From positions 64,318 through 128,317 of the forward strand of contig CAYFKR010000008.1 of assembly GCA_964343835.1 (NCBI GenBank): a stretch of 64,000 nucleotides of DNA. Reading direction: 5' to 3'. Positions within the stretch are counted from its first letter, which is position 1, and each line of letters opens with the position of its first letter. Below the pieces are notes generated by a model. It saw only the letters and a program-made list of their open reading frames with translations. It was not told where the DNA came from and ran no database searches. The position numbers were made by a program, and so were the translations under genes. Shown here one piece after another: positions 27,293 through 37,589 of the stretch. Origin of the DNA: an uncultured Fibrobacteraceae bacterium (GTDB taxonomy: Bacteria; Krumholzibacteriota; Krumholzibacteriia; LZORAL124-64-63).

Positions 27293-28954
27293 CTAGTCTT
27301 CCTCGACGGTCTCGATGTAGGCCACCGTACGGTTGTTGGGCACGAAGATCTCCGCCGCGACGCGCTGCACGTCCTCGACGGTGACGGCGTCGATGTCGCC
27401 CAGCTGGTCGAACATGTCGCGCCAGTCGCCGTTGCGGCCCTGGTAGAACGACAGCTGACGGGCGAGGCCCAGGTTGCCCTGCATGCCGCGGATGTAGTTG
27501 GCGCGGGCGCGGCGCTTGACGCCGGCCAGCTCCTCCTCCGTCACGCCCTCGGCCACCATGCGCTCGATCTCCTCGAACACCGCGGCCTCGATCTCCAGGG
27601 CGGTCACGTCCTTGGCGGGCACGCCGATGATGGCCATCAGCGTCGGGTACTTGTCCGACGGGAAGCCGGCGAACGACACGGCCTGAACGGCGATGTTGTC
27701 CTGCTTCACCAGGCGCTTGTACAGGCGGCTGGTGCGGCCCTGGCCGAGGATGTCGGCGATGGCCTGGTAGACGGCGGCGTCGGGGTGCTCGTAGTTGCCG
27801 ATGTGGAAGCCGCACATGTAGAAGGGCTGGGCGTCGTCCTGGACGACCATGCGCTTCTCGCCCTTCTGGCCGGGCTCGCGGGTGTCGAGCTTCGGTGCCG
27901 GGGAGTCGGAGATGTCGGAGAAGTACTTCTTCGCCAGCTTCCGCACCTCGTCGAACTCCACGTCGCCCACGACGGCCACGGTCATGTTCTCGCCCACGTA
28001 GTGGGTGTCGTAGAACTCCTGGCAGTCGTCACGGGTGATCGTGTTGATGTCCGACATCCAGCCGATGGTGCTGTGGTGGTACGGGTGGGCCTTGAACGCA
28101 AGGTTCTGGAACTCCTCCATGAGCATGCCGATGGGACTGTTGTCCGTGCGCATGCGGCGCTCCTCGGTCACCGGGCCGTCCTTCTCGGTGTAGAACTCGC
28201 GCAGCACGGGATCGGCCATGCGGGTGCCCTCGAGGTAGGCCCACAGCTCCAGGCGGTTGCTGGGCATGCTGTAGAAGTAGTTGGTGTCGTCGGTCCAGGT
28301 GCCGGCGTTCATGCCGCGGCCGCCGTTGTTCTCGACGATCTGGCCGAACTCGTTGCTCACGACGAAGGAGCGGGCGTGGTCCTTGGCCAGCTCGAACTCC
28401 TGGGCCAGCACCACGAGGTCGCGGTTGGTCCCGTCGAAGGTCGAGACGTACTGGGTCTCCTCCCAGTCCAGGGCCTTCGCGTCGGCGACGGTGGCCACCT
28501 TGCCGTTGACCACGATCTCACGCACGTCGTCGCCCAGGTCGGCCAGGTCGTCCTCGCCGAGGAAGGCCACGGCGATGTCCTGCCCCGCATCCAGCATGCG
28601 GTTGCGCTCGGTCTTGAGGGCGTCGAAGGCCGCGTCCTCGGCCGCCATGGCCTTGCGCTCCTTCTTGGCGTCCTCGGTGCCGATCTCGGACGTGCCCTTG
28701 AAGGCCATGTGCTCGAGGATGTGGGCGATGCCCGTGACGCCGGTCAGCTCCTGGGCGCTGCCCACGTCCATGTGGATGTTGAAGGAGAACACAGGAACGT
28801 CGTGACGCTCCAGGACGATGAAGTGCACCCCGTTGTCCAGGGTGAACTCCCTGACCTGGTCCTGCAGGTCCTCGTAGCTGCCGGCGGCCAGAGCGGCTCC
28901 GGCGAGCAGGAGGACGGCGGCGGTCAGGCCGAACATCTTGCGGAAGGCGGGCAT
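27293..28954 (-). CDS. M16-family zinc peptidase, active subunit
   Basis: Inverted zincin motif HILEHMAFKGT (HxxEH). Signal peptide MPAFRKMFGLTAAVLLLAGAALAAG. Confidence 0.8.
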   Translation of the reverse strand: MPAFRKMFGLTAAVLLLAGAALAAGSYEDLQDQVREFTLDNGVHFIVLERHDVPVFSFNIHMDVGSAQELTGVTGIAHILEHMAFKGTSEIGTEDAKKERKAMAAEDAAFDALKTERNRMLDAGQDIAVAFLGEDDLADLGDDVREIVVNGKVATVADAKALDWEETQYVSTFDGTNRDLVVLAQEFELAKDHARSFVVSNEFGQIVENNGGRGMNAGTWTDDTNYFYSMPSNRLELWAYLEGTRMADPVLREFYTEKDGPVTEERRMRTDNSPIGMLMEEFQNLAFKAHPYHHSTIGWMSDINTITRDDCQEFYDTHYVGENMTVAVVGDVEFDEVRKLAKKYFSDISDSPAPKLDTREPGQKGEKRMVVQDDAQPFYMCGFHIGNYEHPDAAVYQAIADILGQGRTSRLYKRLVKQDNIAVQAVSFAGFPSDKYPTLMAIIGVPAKDVTALEIEAAVFEEIERMVAEGVTEEELAGVKRRARANYIRGMQGNLGLARQLSFYQGRNGDWRDMFDQLGDIDAVTVEDVQRVAAEIFVPNNRTVAYIETVEED

Positions 28955-29131
28955 GGAAGCCTCCATCGTTCGTGTCCGGGCCGATGCGCGACGGGATCGC
29001 GTCGGGACGGACGTCCACGGATCGGCCCGCGGCGCGGGCCACTTGTACACTCAACGAATCGGTATGCGGGGGGTAGGGGTCCCGGCGGGACGCTACCACC
29101 CCGAACGGCCCCTGTCAAACCGGCCGCTCGA

Positions 29132-29974
29132 TCAGCGGAAGATCTCCTTCCGCCTCAGCAGGCGGGTGCCGAGGAACGTGGTGACGGCCATGACCCCCAG
29201 CAGCACCAGGAACGACTGCCACGACGGCGGCGGCGTCTCGTTCAACAGCATCTGCCGGAGTTCCTGGAGCAGGTTCGGCATGGCCTGGGTGGACTCGGCG
29301 GGGTTGTGGATCATGTTGCGCAGGTGGAAGACCACCGTCATCTCCTGGAGACGGAGCGGCACGTTGCCGCTGATGGACTCCCAGCCGAACGCGAAGAGGA
29401 TCGCCGGCAGCATGGGCTTCTTGAGCCAGGTGCCGAACATGGCGAACACCGCGGTGTAGACGAATCCGCCGTACAGGATGACCAGGCAGGTCGACGCGTA
29501 GAGCTTCAGGAAACCGAAGCTCAGCACGCCGGGGTTGGCCGTGGTCATCACCAGGAAGCAGGCGACGAGGGAGAGCGTGACCAGCACGCCCGAGACCGTC
29601 TGGGCCGCCCAGAGCCGCCCCAGGTAGATGGCCTCGCGGCTCAGGGGCCGCGTCCAGTAGTAGATGATCGTGCCCTCGTCCGCCGTCTCCCCGATGGCCG
29701 ACAGTCCGAACGCCAGGGACACGATGGCCACCATGGCGTGCACGTAGACCATGCCGCTGAGGTTGGCCAGCAGGAGCTGGGCGCTGATGGCGCCTTCGCT
29801 GTCCAGCATGCGCCAGGTCACCGTCAACACCACGGGCAGCAGCATGAGCAGACCCACCGAGACGATGCGCTTGCGGCGGATCATCTCCTTGAAGGAGAAC
29901 CAGCCGATCCAGAAGGCGGAGGTCAGCAGGCCCAGGGGCCGGTCGGCGCCGGCGGTCGCGGTCGTCGTGGTCAT
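29132..29974 (-). CDS. ABC-2 type transporter permease
   Basis: Six hydrophobic helices, no nucleotide-binding motifs. Directly abuts the ATPase gene (1-nt gap). Confidence 0.6.
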   Translation of the reverse strand: MTTTTATAGADRPLGLLTSAFWIGWFSFKEMIRRKRIVSVGLLMLLPVVLTVTWRMLDSEGAISAQLLLANLSGMVYVHAMVAIVSLAFGLSAIGETADEGTIIYYWTRPLSREAIYLGRLWAAQTVSGVLVTLSLVACFLVMTTANPGVLSFGFLKLYASTCLVILYGGFVYTAVFAMFGTWLKKPMLPAILFAFGWESISGNVPLRLQEMTVVFHLRNMIHNPAESTQAMPNLLQELRQMLLNETPPPSWQSFLVLLGVMAVTTFLGTRLLRRKEIFR

Positions 29975-29975
29975 C

Positions 29976-30908
29976 TCAGTCCCCCACCAGGTAGTCGAAG
30001 ACGGCCTGCAGGTTGTCGTCGAGGGTCTGGAATTCCGCCACGGGAATCCCCGCCTCGAGCAGCCGGCCCGGCAGCTCGCGGTAGAAGGTCACGGCGTGCT
30101 CGGTGCGGGCCACCACGCGCCCCATGTCGTCCATCTCCACGCCCATCACCAGCTCCTGGCCGGCCAGGAACGAGGCCAGCTTCCGTGCCTCGGGGCTGGT
30201 GAAGGCCACGATGGTGGGGTGGTCGTGGATGGCGTCGCGGATCTCGGTGATGTCGCCCTCGGCCATGAGCTTGCCGTGATGGATGAGCACGATGGAGCGG
30301 GTCATGGTCTCGATCTCGGGCAGGATGTGGCTGGAGACCACCACGCACTTGCCCTCGTCGCCCAGACGCTTGACCAGGGCGGCGATGTCGCGGCGCGACA
30401 CCGGATCCATGCCGTTGAGAGGCTCGTCCAGGAAGATGATCTCGGGATCGTGGGCCAGGGCCTGGGCCATCTTGATCTTCTGGCGCATGCCCTTGGAGTA
30501 GCCGCCGATGCGGGCGTCGCCGGCGTGGTCCAGGCGCACCAGCTCCAGGGCGCGATCGCAACGGGCGGCCGACTCGGCGCCGTCGAAGCCCATGAGCCGG
30601 ATCATCAGGGTCAGGAACTCGCGGCCGGTGAGCCAGTCGAAGAGCGCGTCGCTCTCGGGACAGAACCCGATGCTGCGGAACAGGCCCACCTGGCGGCGCA
30701 GGGCGCGGTCGCGCACCAGCACCTCGCCCTGGCTGGGCGTGATCAGGCCGGACAGCAGCTTGAAGAGGGTGGTCTTGCCGGCGCCGTTGAGCCCCAGCAG
30801 ACCCGTGACGCCGGGGCCGAGGGACAGGGAGCAGTCGTTGACGGCGATCACCTCGCCGAACCACTTGCTCACGCGGTCGGCCCGCAGCACGGGTGCGTTC
30901 GCGCTCAC
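29976..30908 (-). CDS. ABC transporter ATP-binding protein
   Basis: Walker A GLNGAGKTT, ABC signature YSKGMRQKI, Walker B IIFLDEP. GTG start overlapping the upstream stop (GTGA), preceded by GGAGG. Confidence 0.8.
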   Translation of the reverse strand: MSANAPVLRADRVSKWFGEVIAVNDCSLSLGPGVTGLLGLNGAGKTTLFKLLSGLITPSQGEVLVRDRALRRQVGLFRSIGFCPESDALFDWLTGREFLTLMIRLMGFDGAESAARCDRALELVRLDHAGDARIGGYSKGMRQKIKMAQALAHDPEIIFLDEPLNGMDPVSRRDIAALVKRLGDEGKCVVVSSHILPEIETMTRSIVLIHHGKLMAEGDITEIRDAIHDHPTIVAFTSPEARKLASFLAGQELVMGVEMDDMGRVVARTEHAVTFYRELPGRLLEAGIPVAEFQTLDDNLQAVFDYLVGD

Positions 30909-31753
30909 GAGACCACCTCCACGGGCCGGACACGGCGGGCCAGCACGGCGGCCCCTGCAGCAGTCCACAACAGGACCACGGCGAGGCTCGCGACCGGCGC
31001 CACGCCCTCGGCGGCGCGACCGCCCAGGAAGAGCACGCCCATGTTCAGGTGCATGCCGGGGAAGTCGACGATCTTCAAGGCGGGGGCGAACATGGCCATG
31101 ATCTCGGCCAGGCCGTCGGTGGCGAAGAGCAGCACCCACCACAGGGCCACGAACACGGTCCGCGTGCCCACCGACGACAGCGCCAGCAGCACCATCGAGA
31201 AGCACACGCCCGACAGGGTGCAGTAGGCCAGGCTCTTCAGCGGGATCATCAGCAGCATGTCCAGGCCCGTGGCCCCGTTGGTCACCAGCCATCCGAACAG
31301 GCAGAGCGCGAGCACCGGGAAGAGCGTCACGGCGAAGTAGTAGAAGAGGGTGATGGCTCCCTTGCCCATGACGTAGTCGCGCACGCCCAGGGGCCGCGCG
31401 AAGTAGAGGGCCAGGCCGTTCTCGGCCTTGTCCTTGGTGATCAGCCCCGAGCCCACGATGGCCAGCAGGATCAGCACGAAGGGCGTCTGCCAGTCCAGGA
31501 AGGACCGGAAACCCGGCGAGGAGATGTCGGTCCAGTCGCCGCCGATCAGGCGGCTCAGCTCGCCCATCTTGAAGGTGAAGTAGAGGATGCCCCCCTTGAC
31601 GATGGCCGGCACCCACGCCACCACCAGCAGCAGCAGGAAGCGACGGCTCTTCAGGGGCTCGGTGATGCCGCGGCGGGCGATGGCCCACCAGGCCGGTGCG
31701 GCCGGGCCGCCCGAGTGCTCCCACTTGCGGTATCCGCGTTCATAGACGGGCAT
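30905..31753 (-). CDS. ABC-2 type transporter permease (second copy)
   Basis: Polytopic hydrophobic profile. Translationally coupled to both flanking genes. Confidence 0.6.
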   Translation of the reverse strand: MPVYERGYRKWEHSGGPAAPAWWAIARRGITEPLKSRRFLLLLVVAWVPAIVKGGILYFTFKMGELSRLIGGDWTDISSPGFRSFLDWQTPFVLILLAIVGSGLITKDKAENGLALYFARPLGVRDYVMGKGAITLFYYFAVTLFPVLALCLFGWLVTNGATGLDMLLMIPLKSLAYCTLSGVCFSMVLLALSSVGTRTVFVALWWVLLFATDGLAEIMAMFAPALKIVDFPGMHLNMGVLFLGGRAAEGVAPVASLAVVLLWTAAGAAVLARRVRPVEVVS

Positions 31754-31754
31754 C

Positions 31755-32756
31755 TCAGCTCCCCTCCCCTTCTCCGCCGGTAAAGACGCCCAGCACGCCG
31801 GCGGCCTCGTCGCCGCTCTCGTCCACGAGCTGGAAGAAGAGGTCCTCGAGGGTCTCGGTGTGACGCTGCAGGCGACGCAGGGCGTAGCCCGAGGCCGCGG
31901 CGGCCTCCAGCACGGCCCTGGGGCCGGCGTCCACGTCCAGTTCCACGGTCAGGTGGCCGTCGGCCGGGGTCGGTTCGATGCCGCGTTCGCGCAGGGCGGA
32001 GGAAAAGGCGTCCGTGTCGCCGAAGCCCTCCACCAGGAAGACGGCGGTGGCGGTCTCGGCGTCGGCGTCCACGCGGCCGTGGTCCAGAAGGCGTCCTTGG
32101 CGCAGCACCACGATCTCCTCGCACACGGCCTTCACGTCGGCCAGCAGGTGGGTCGAGAGGATCACGCCGAAGCCCTTGTCCCGCGCGAGGTCCTTGACCA
32201 GGTCCAGCATGGAGAGGCGGCCGCGGGGGTCCAGGCCGGCGGTGGGTTCGTCCAGGAAGAGCCAGGCGGGGTCGTGGACCAAGGCCTGGGCCAGCTTCAG
32301 GCGCTGGCGCATGCCCTGGCTGTAGGTGTCGGCCTGGCGGTAGCGCTCGTCGGCCAGCCCCACGTAGTTCAGCACCTCGTGGGCCCGCTGCAGGGCGTCG
32401 GTGCGGGGCATGCCCCCCAGCTCGCCCATGTAGGCCACCATGGCCACGCCGCTCATGCCCGGCAGGATGCCGCCGCGCTCGGGCATCCAGCCGATGCGGC
32501 GCCGGGCGGCATAGGGATCTCGGGCCATGTCGTGGCCCAGGACCTCCACCGAGCCCGTCGGCACCTTCAAATGGCCGAGGAGAGCCCGCAGCAGGGTGGT
32601 CTTGCCGGAGCCGTTGGGCCCGAGCAGACCCACGGACCGCTGCTCCAGGCTGAAGGTCACGTTCTTCAGCACGGGCTCGACGGCGTAGGCGAAGCTCAGG
32701 TCGCTGACGCGGATCCCGGCGCCGGAAGGTTTGACTTCGTTGGGGCTGCTGGCCAT
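31755..32756 (-). CDS. ABC transporter ATP-binding protein (second copy)
   Basis: Walker A GPNGSGKTT, signature YSQGMRQRL, Walker B LFLDEPTAGLD. Confidence 0.8.
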   Translation of the reverse strand: MASSPNEVKPSGAGIRVSDLSFAYAVEPVLKNVTFSLEQRSVGLLGPNGSGKTTLLRALLGHLKVPTGSVEVLGHDMARDPYAARRRIGWMPERGGILPGMSGVAMVAYMGELGGMPRTDALQRAHEVLNYVGLADERYRQADTYSQGMRQRLKLAQALVHDPAWLFLDEPTAGLDPRGRLSMLDLVKDLARDKGFGVILSTHLLADVKAVCEEIVVLRQGRLLDHGRVDADAETATAVFLVEGFGDTDAFSSALRERGIEPTPADGHLTVELDVDAGPRAVLEAAAASGYALRRLQRHTETLEDLFFQLVDESGDEAAGVLGVFTGGEGEGS

Positions 32757-32880
32757 GATTCATCCTGTGATCGGGCGGTGTTTCCATCCGGTCGGCGCTC
32801 GTACGGGGCCGAAGGCCCATTGTTTCAGACGTGATCGGGATTGCAACCCCCAAGAGGGGACGCGACGGGAGGATCGGTCC

Positions 32881-34083
32881 ATGGCGAAGCTCGGATTCAA
32901 CACCAGGTGCGTCCACGGTTCCCATCGGAGCGACGAGCGCTGGCACAGGGCCATGCCCGTCTCCACGCCCATCTTCCAGACGTCGACCTTCGCCTTCGAG
33001 AACGCCGACCACGGCGCCGCCATCTTCGCCGGCGAGAACGACGGCTTCCTCTACACTCGCCTGGGCAACCCCACCCAGGAGACCCTCGAGGAGAAGATGG
33101 CGTCGGTCGAGGGCGGCGAGGCCGCCCTGGCCCTGGCCAGCGGCATGGCCGCCGCCACCACCGCCGTGCTCACCCTCTGCGAGAGCGGCGACCACATCGT
33201 GTCCGGTGACACCCTCTACGGCGGCACCCACCAGCTCTTCACCCACACCCTGCCCCGGCTGGGCATCGAGGTGACCGAGGTGAAGGCGGACGAGCCCGCC
33301 AACTTCGAGGCCGCCATCACCGATCGCACGAAACTGATCTACCTGGAGAGCCCGGCGAACCCGACCCTCGTGCTCACCGACATCGCCGCCGTGGCCGAGA
33401 TCGCCCATGCCCGGGGCATCCCCGTGCTGGTGGACAATACCTTCTGCACGCCCTACCTGCAGCGTCCCCTGGAGCTGGGCGCCGACATCGTGCTGCACAG
33501 CTGCACCAAGTACATCGGCGGCCACGGCGACGCCATCGCCGGCATGCTGGTGGGCAGCGAGGAGTTCATCACCCGCGCCCGATTCGAAACCCTGCGCGAC
33601 GTGGGCGGCTGCATCTCCCCCTTCAACGCCTGGCTGCTGATCCGCGGCCTGAAGACGCTCTCGGTGCGCATGGACCGCCACTGCATCAACTCCCTGAAGG
33701 TGGCGGAGTGGTTGGAGACCCACCCCAAGGTGACCCGCGTGATCCATCCCGGGCTGCCGTCCCATCCCCAGCATGAGCTCGCGAAGAAGCAGCAGTCGGG
33801 CTTCGGCGGGCTGGTGAGCTTCCACGTGGCCGGCACCGATGCCATGACGCCGCGGGAAGCCGGCAAGGTGGTCATGGACAACGTCCACCTCTGCACGCTG
33901 GCGGTGAGCCTGGGAGACGTGGACACCCTCATCGAGCATCCCGGCACCATGACCCACTCCACCTACTCGGAGGAGGAGCTGCTCAAGGTCGGGATCGATC
34001 CCGCCATGATCAGGCTGTCGGTGGGGCTGGAGGATCCGGAGGACGTGATCGCGGATCTGGAGCAGGCGCTGGCCCGCATCTGA
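32881..34083 (+). CDS. PLP-dependent Cys/Met-metabolism enzyme (methionine gamma-lyase / O-acetylhomoserine sulfhydrylase family)
   Basis: Family pattern ...RLGNPT...LESPANPT...DNTFCTPY...HSCTKYIGGHGD (PLP-binding lysine). Confidence 0.8.
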   Translation: MAKLGFNTRCVHGSHRSDERWHRAMPVSTPIFQTSTFAFENADHGAAIFAGENDGFLYTRLGNPTQETLEEKMASVEGGEAALALASGMAAATTAVLTLCESGDHIVSGDTLYGGTHQLFTHTLPRLGIEVTEVKADEPANFEAAITDRTKLIYLESPANPTLVLTDIAAVAEIAHARGIPVLVDNTFCTPYLQRPLELGADIVLHSCTKYIGGHGDAIAGMLVGSEEFITRARFETLRDVGGCISPFNAWLLIRGLKTLSVRMDRHCINSLKVAEWLETHPKVTRVIHPGLPSHPQHELAKKQQSGFGGLVSFHVAGTDAMTPREAGKVVMDNVHLCTLAVSLGDVDTLIEHPGTMTHSTYSEEELLKVGIDPAMIRLSVGLEDPEDVIADLEQALARI

Positions 34084-34108
34084 TCTTGCGTCCGCTCCGG
34101 CCCGGGGG

Positions 34109-35086
34109 TTGAATGGGGCCATGTCCGATCTGCTGCCACGCGTCGAATCCTGTCAGAACTGCGGCTCGCCCGCCGGGGCCAACTATTGCCCCGCCTGCGG
34201 CCAGGACAGCCGCGACCACGCCGTCTCGGTCCGCCTCCTGATGCGGGACTTCGCCGCGGACGTCTTCACCTACGACTCCCGCTTCTTCCGCAGCTTCGTC
34301 CCCCTGCTCTTCAGGCCCGGCGACCTCACCGTGGAGTACGTGCGCGGCCGGCGCGTCAGGTACATTCCTCCGCTGAGGCTGTACGTCTTCGTGAGCCTGC
34401 TCTTCTTCTTCGTGCTGTCGGTGCAAGTCAACACGGGCCTATCGGAGTCGGGATGGTTCGACCAGGACGGCGCCCTGCCGGATTCCTCGGAGGTGGCCCT
34501 CGTCCTGGATCTCGCCGATGCATATCCCGGCACGGAGGCGGCAGGAGCGTCGCTGCCAGTCTGGGTGGCAGCCAGGATCGCCGAGCAGGATTCCGTCGGG
34601 GAGACCGGGGAGCGGGGCGATGGGCCCTGGTTCCAGGTGTCGGGCGAGGAGGTGTCGGCGAACGAGTTTCGCGCGGTCATCGACGGTGTTCAGCGTCTGG
34701 TACCCAAGGCGATGATCCTGCTCCAGCCCCTCATGGCGGCGCTGCTGGCCCTGGTCTACAGACGGAGCCGTCGACGCTTCATCGAACACCTGGTCATGTC
34801 CCTGCACCTCCACGCCTACATGTTCCTCGTCTTCACCGTCGTCATGATGGTGCCCTGGGACCTGTTCGGGTTGATCGTGCTGCTGGCGATCCATGTCTAC
34901 ATCTTCCTGGCGCTCCGTCGCGTCTACGGCCAGGGGTGGATGAAGACCGGTGTGAAGTTCATGCTCCTCAGCGGTGCCTACAACACCCTCGTCTTCACCG
35001 CCGCCCTCGCGGTCCTCGCCTCCACGGCCGGTCTCGTGGGGCTGTCCGAATCGCATCCCACCCTCGTGAAGTGGCTGCTCCACTAG
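34109..35086 (+). CDS. DUF3667-type membrane protein with N-terminal zinc ribbon
   Basis: CQNCGSPAGANYCPACGQ N-terminal ribbon characteristic of DUF3667. Several C-terminal TM helices. Confidence 0.55.
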   Translation: MNGAMSDLLPRVESCQNCGSPAGANYCPACGQDSRDHAVSVRLLMRDFAADVFTYDSRFFRSFVPLLFRPGDLTVEYVRGRRVRYIPPLRLYVFVSLLFFFVLSVQVNTGLSESGWFDQDGALPDSSEVALVLDLADAYPGTEAAGASLPVWVAARIAEQDSVGETGERGDGPWFQVSGEEVSANEFRAVIDGVQRLVPKAMILLQPLMAALLALVYRRSRRRFIEHLVMSLHLHAYMFLVFTVVMMVPWDLFGLIVLLAIHVYIFLALRRVYGQGWMKTGVKFMLLSGAYNTLVFTAALAVLASTAGLVGLSESHPTLVKWLLH

Positions 35087-35152
35087 CTCCCCGATGAAAC
35101 GAAAACGACCCCCGGCAAGGCCGGGGGCCGTCGTTCTCGGAGATCGGCGTCG

Positions 35153-36847
35153 TCAGTGGACGGCTGCCGTATCGCTCTCGGCGTCCGTATCGGCCGCCAC
35201 GCGCTCCGCCTCCCACTCCCTGGCCAGGTCCAGGAGCTCGGCGGTGGTGCGTGCGCGGGAGAAGAACTCCAGGGCCTCCTGCAGCTGCACGTCGTCCTCG
35301 ATGGCCACCTTGTAGGCGGCCTCCTGACCGAACTCGAGGCGCATGAGTTCGCGGCGCAGGCCCTTGGCGATGTAGTCGTGCTCCTCGGCCAGCAGCCCGT
35401 CGTTGAGCTCGAGCTCGTAGACGTCCAGGTACTCCGGCAGGTTCTCGCGGGTCTCCAGGAATGCGTGGAACTCGTCGATCATGGCCTGGTCGGCCGTGAG
35501 GTCCGCGGTCACGTCGTGGCGGGCGGCCCACTTGGTGGCGAACTGGAAGAGGGAGTAGTCGCGCTCCAGGGCCACCTCGAAGTCGGTGAGGAAGGGCTGG
35601 TCGATCTCGATGTCCGGCGTGATGCCGCCGCCTCCGTAGACCGTCCGGCCACCGTCGGTCTGGAACCGCTCGCGCTCCTCGCGCGGGACCTCCACCTCGT
35701 GGGCCTCGTCCACGGGCGCCTCGGTCAGGTCGATGCTGTCGTCGCGATGGCGGTCCTTGTGGATGGAGCGGCCCGAGGGCGTGTAGTACTTGGCCGTGGT
35801 CAGTTTGAGGGCGCGCTCCTCGCTCAGGGGGAAGACCGTCTGCACGGAACCCTTGCCGAAGGAGGTCTTGCCCACCACCAGGCCGCGGTCGTGGTCCTGG
35901 ACGGCGGCCGAGACGATCTCGCTGGCCGACGCGCTCGAGCCGTTGATCATGACCACCAGGGGCAGGTCGCCCACGTCGATTCCCTTGTGCTCCTCGGCGA
36001 AGTAGCTGCGGTTCTGGTTCCGCAGGCGGCCCTTGGTGTAGACGATCAGGTCGTCGCGGTTCAGGAACATCTCGCTCACGGCACAGGCCGCGTCGAGCAG
36101 TCCGCCCGGATTCCAGCGCAGGTCCAGCAGCAGCCCGCGGGCGCCCTGGGCCTGCAGGGAGGCCACGGCCTCCTCCAGCTCCTCGGAGGTGGTCCGGGAG
36201 AAGTTGGAGATCCGCACGTAGCCGATGTCGTCGATCATGAAGGCGTAGGGAACGCTCTCGACCTTGATGATGTCGCGCACGATGGTCAAGGGGAACGGCT
36301 TCTCCACGCCCTCGCGCTCGATGGTGATCTCCACCGCCGTGCCCGGCTCGCCGCGCAGCAGCTTGACGGCCTCGTTGCTGGTGAAGTCGCGGGTCGTCTC
36401 GCCCTCGATCTCGATGATCCGGTCGCCGCCCTGGATGCCCATCAGGAACGCCGGCGTGCCCTCGATGGGCGAGACCACCGTGGGGTAGTGGTCGCGGATG
36501 TTGATGGTGATGCCCAGGCCTCCGAACTCGCCCTCGGTGGACATCATCAGGTCGTCGTAATGGACGGGGGGCAGGTACGCGGAGTGCTCGTCCAGGTAGT
36601 CCATCATGCCCGAGATGCCGCTCTCGAGGAGCTCGTAGGGGTCCACCTCGTCCACGTAGTTGTAGTACACGCGCTCGTAGACCGCGCCGAGGATCTTGAT
36701 CCCCTCCAGGAACTGCTGGCGGCTGGTTCCGCGCTCCGGCGTGGCCAGGGACTGGGCGGCGCCAAGGAGCAGCAGGGCCGTCAGCCCCAGGACGAGGGAA
36801 ACGCGGCGCAAACGGCCGCTGTTCTGCAACGTGTTGAACGGCATCAT
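35153..36847 (-). CDS. ctpA: carboxyl-terminal processing protease (S41, tail-specific protease family)
   Basis: PDZ domain. Serine-peptidase core GLLLDLRWNPGG...NGSSASASEIVSAAVQD...GKTSFGKG (S41 Ser/Lys dyad region). Signal peptide when started at MMPFNTL. Confidence 0.8.
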   Translation of the reverse strand: MMPFNTLQNSGRLRRVSLVLGLTALLLLGAAQSLATPERGTSRQQFLEGIKILGAVYERVYYNYVDEVDPYELLESGISGMMDYLDEHSAYLPPVHYDDLMMSTEGEFGGLGITINIRDHYPTVVSPIEGTPAFLMGIQGGDRIIEIEGETTRDFTSNEAVKLLRGEPGTAVEITIEREGVEKPFPLTIVRDIIKVESVPYAFMIDDIGYVRISNFSRTTSEELEEAVASLQAQGARGLLLDLRWNPGGLLDAACAVSEMFLNRDDLIVYTKGRLRNQNRSYFAEEHKGIDVGDLPLVVMINGSSASASEIVSAAVQDHDRGLVVGKTSFGKGSVQTVFPLSEERALKLTTAKYYTPSGRSIHKDRHRDDSIDLTEAPVDEAHEVEVPREERERFQTDGGRTVYGGGGITPDIEIDQPFLTDFEVALERDYSLFQFATKWAARHDVTADLTADQAMIDEFHAFLETRENLPEYLDVYELELNDGLLAEEHDYIAKGLRRELMRLEFGQEAAYKVAIEDDVQLQEALEFFSRARTTAELLDLAREWEAERVAADTDAESDTAAVH

Positions 36848-36905
36848 GTTGGCTCTTTCTGGTCGGTGTGGGGCCCCTGGGGGGCTCCTGGACACGAGTA
36901 ACCGA

Positions 36906-37589
36906 TTAAAGGCCGGACAGCAAATCGTGTTCCAGATTACGGAGATGAACGAGGGTCTGTTCCAGCACCGAGGCCGGATCGGCGGCCGCGTCCACGGTCC
37001 GGAAGCGGGGATCGCCGGAATCCGCCATGGCCCGGTAGGCGTCGTAGACGCGGTCGTGGAAGGCGACATCCTCCTGCTCGAGGCGATCACGGGCCCGGTC
37101 CCCGAGCCGGGCACGGCCCTCGGCCGGCGGCAGCAGGCAGAGCAGGGTCAGGTCCGGTACGGCGGGGCCTACGGCGAAGGCGTTGAGGCGGTCCACCGCC
37201 TCCTTCCCCATCTCGCGCCCTCCCCCCTGGTAGGCCACCGACGCATCGGCGTAGCGGTCGCAGATCACCATGCGGCCGTCGGCCAGGGCGGGCAGGATGG
37301 TCTCCCGCACCAGCTGGGCCCGGCTGGCCACCATCAGCAGCAGCTCGGTCTCGGCCGTCTGCTCGGTGAGGGCGGCGTCGAGCAGGACGTCGCGGATGCG
37401 CTCACCCACGCGGGTGCCGCCGGGCTCGCGCACCACCAGGGGTTCGCAGCCCACGGCGGCGAGACGCTCCGACAGCGAGCGGATGAGGGTCGACTTGCCA
37501 CTGCCCTCGGGACCTTCGAAGGTCACCAGCAGGCCCGGCAGGCCGTGGACGGAGGTGCGATCAGGCACCGCCGCCCTCCCCCAGGTCAC
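36906..37589 (-). CDS. tmk: thymidylate kinase
   Basis: P-loop FEGPEGSGKST. DRY motif CDRYADAS. The true start may be the internal GTG near 37550. Confidence 0.75.
   Translation of the reverse strand: MTWGRAAVPDRTSVHGLPGLLVTFEGPEGSGKSTLIRSLSERLAAVGCEPLVVREPGGTRVGERIRDVLLDAALTEQTAETELLLMVASRAQLVRETILPALADGRMVICDRYADASVAYQGGGREMGKEAVDRLNAFAVGPAVPDLTLLCLLPPAEGRARLGDRARDRLEQEDVAFHDRVYDAYRAMADSGDPRFRTVDAAADPASVLEQTLVHLRNLEHDLLSGL

Noticed and set aside
30905-31753. Possibility that the ABC/ABC-2 pairs are the gliding-motility GldA/GldF transporter
   Set aside because: No GldG-like partner, and the duplication plus M16 peptidases do not fit the canonical gldAFG arrangement. Mentioned as an alternative in the finding rather than called.
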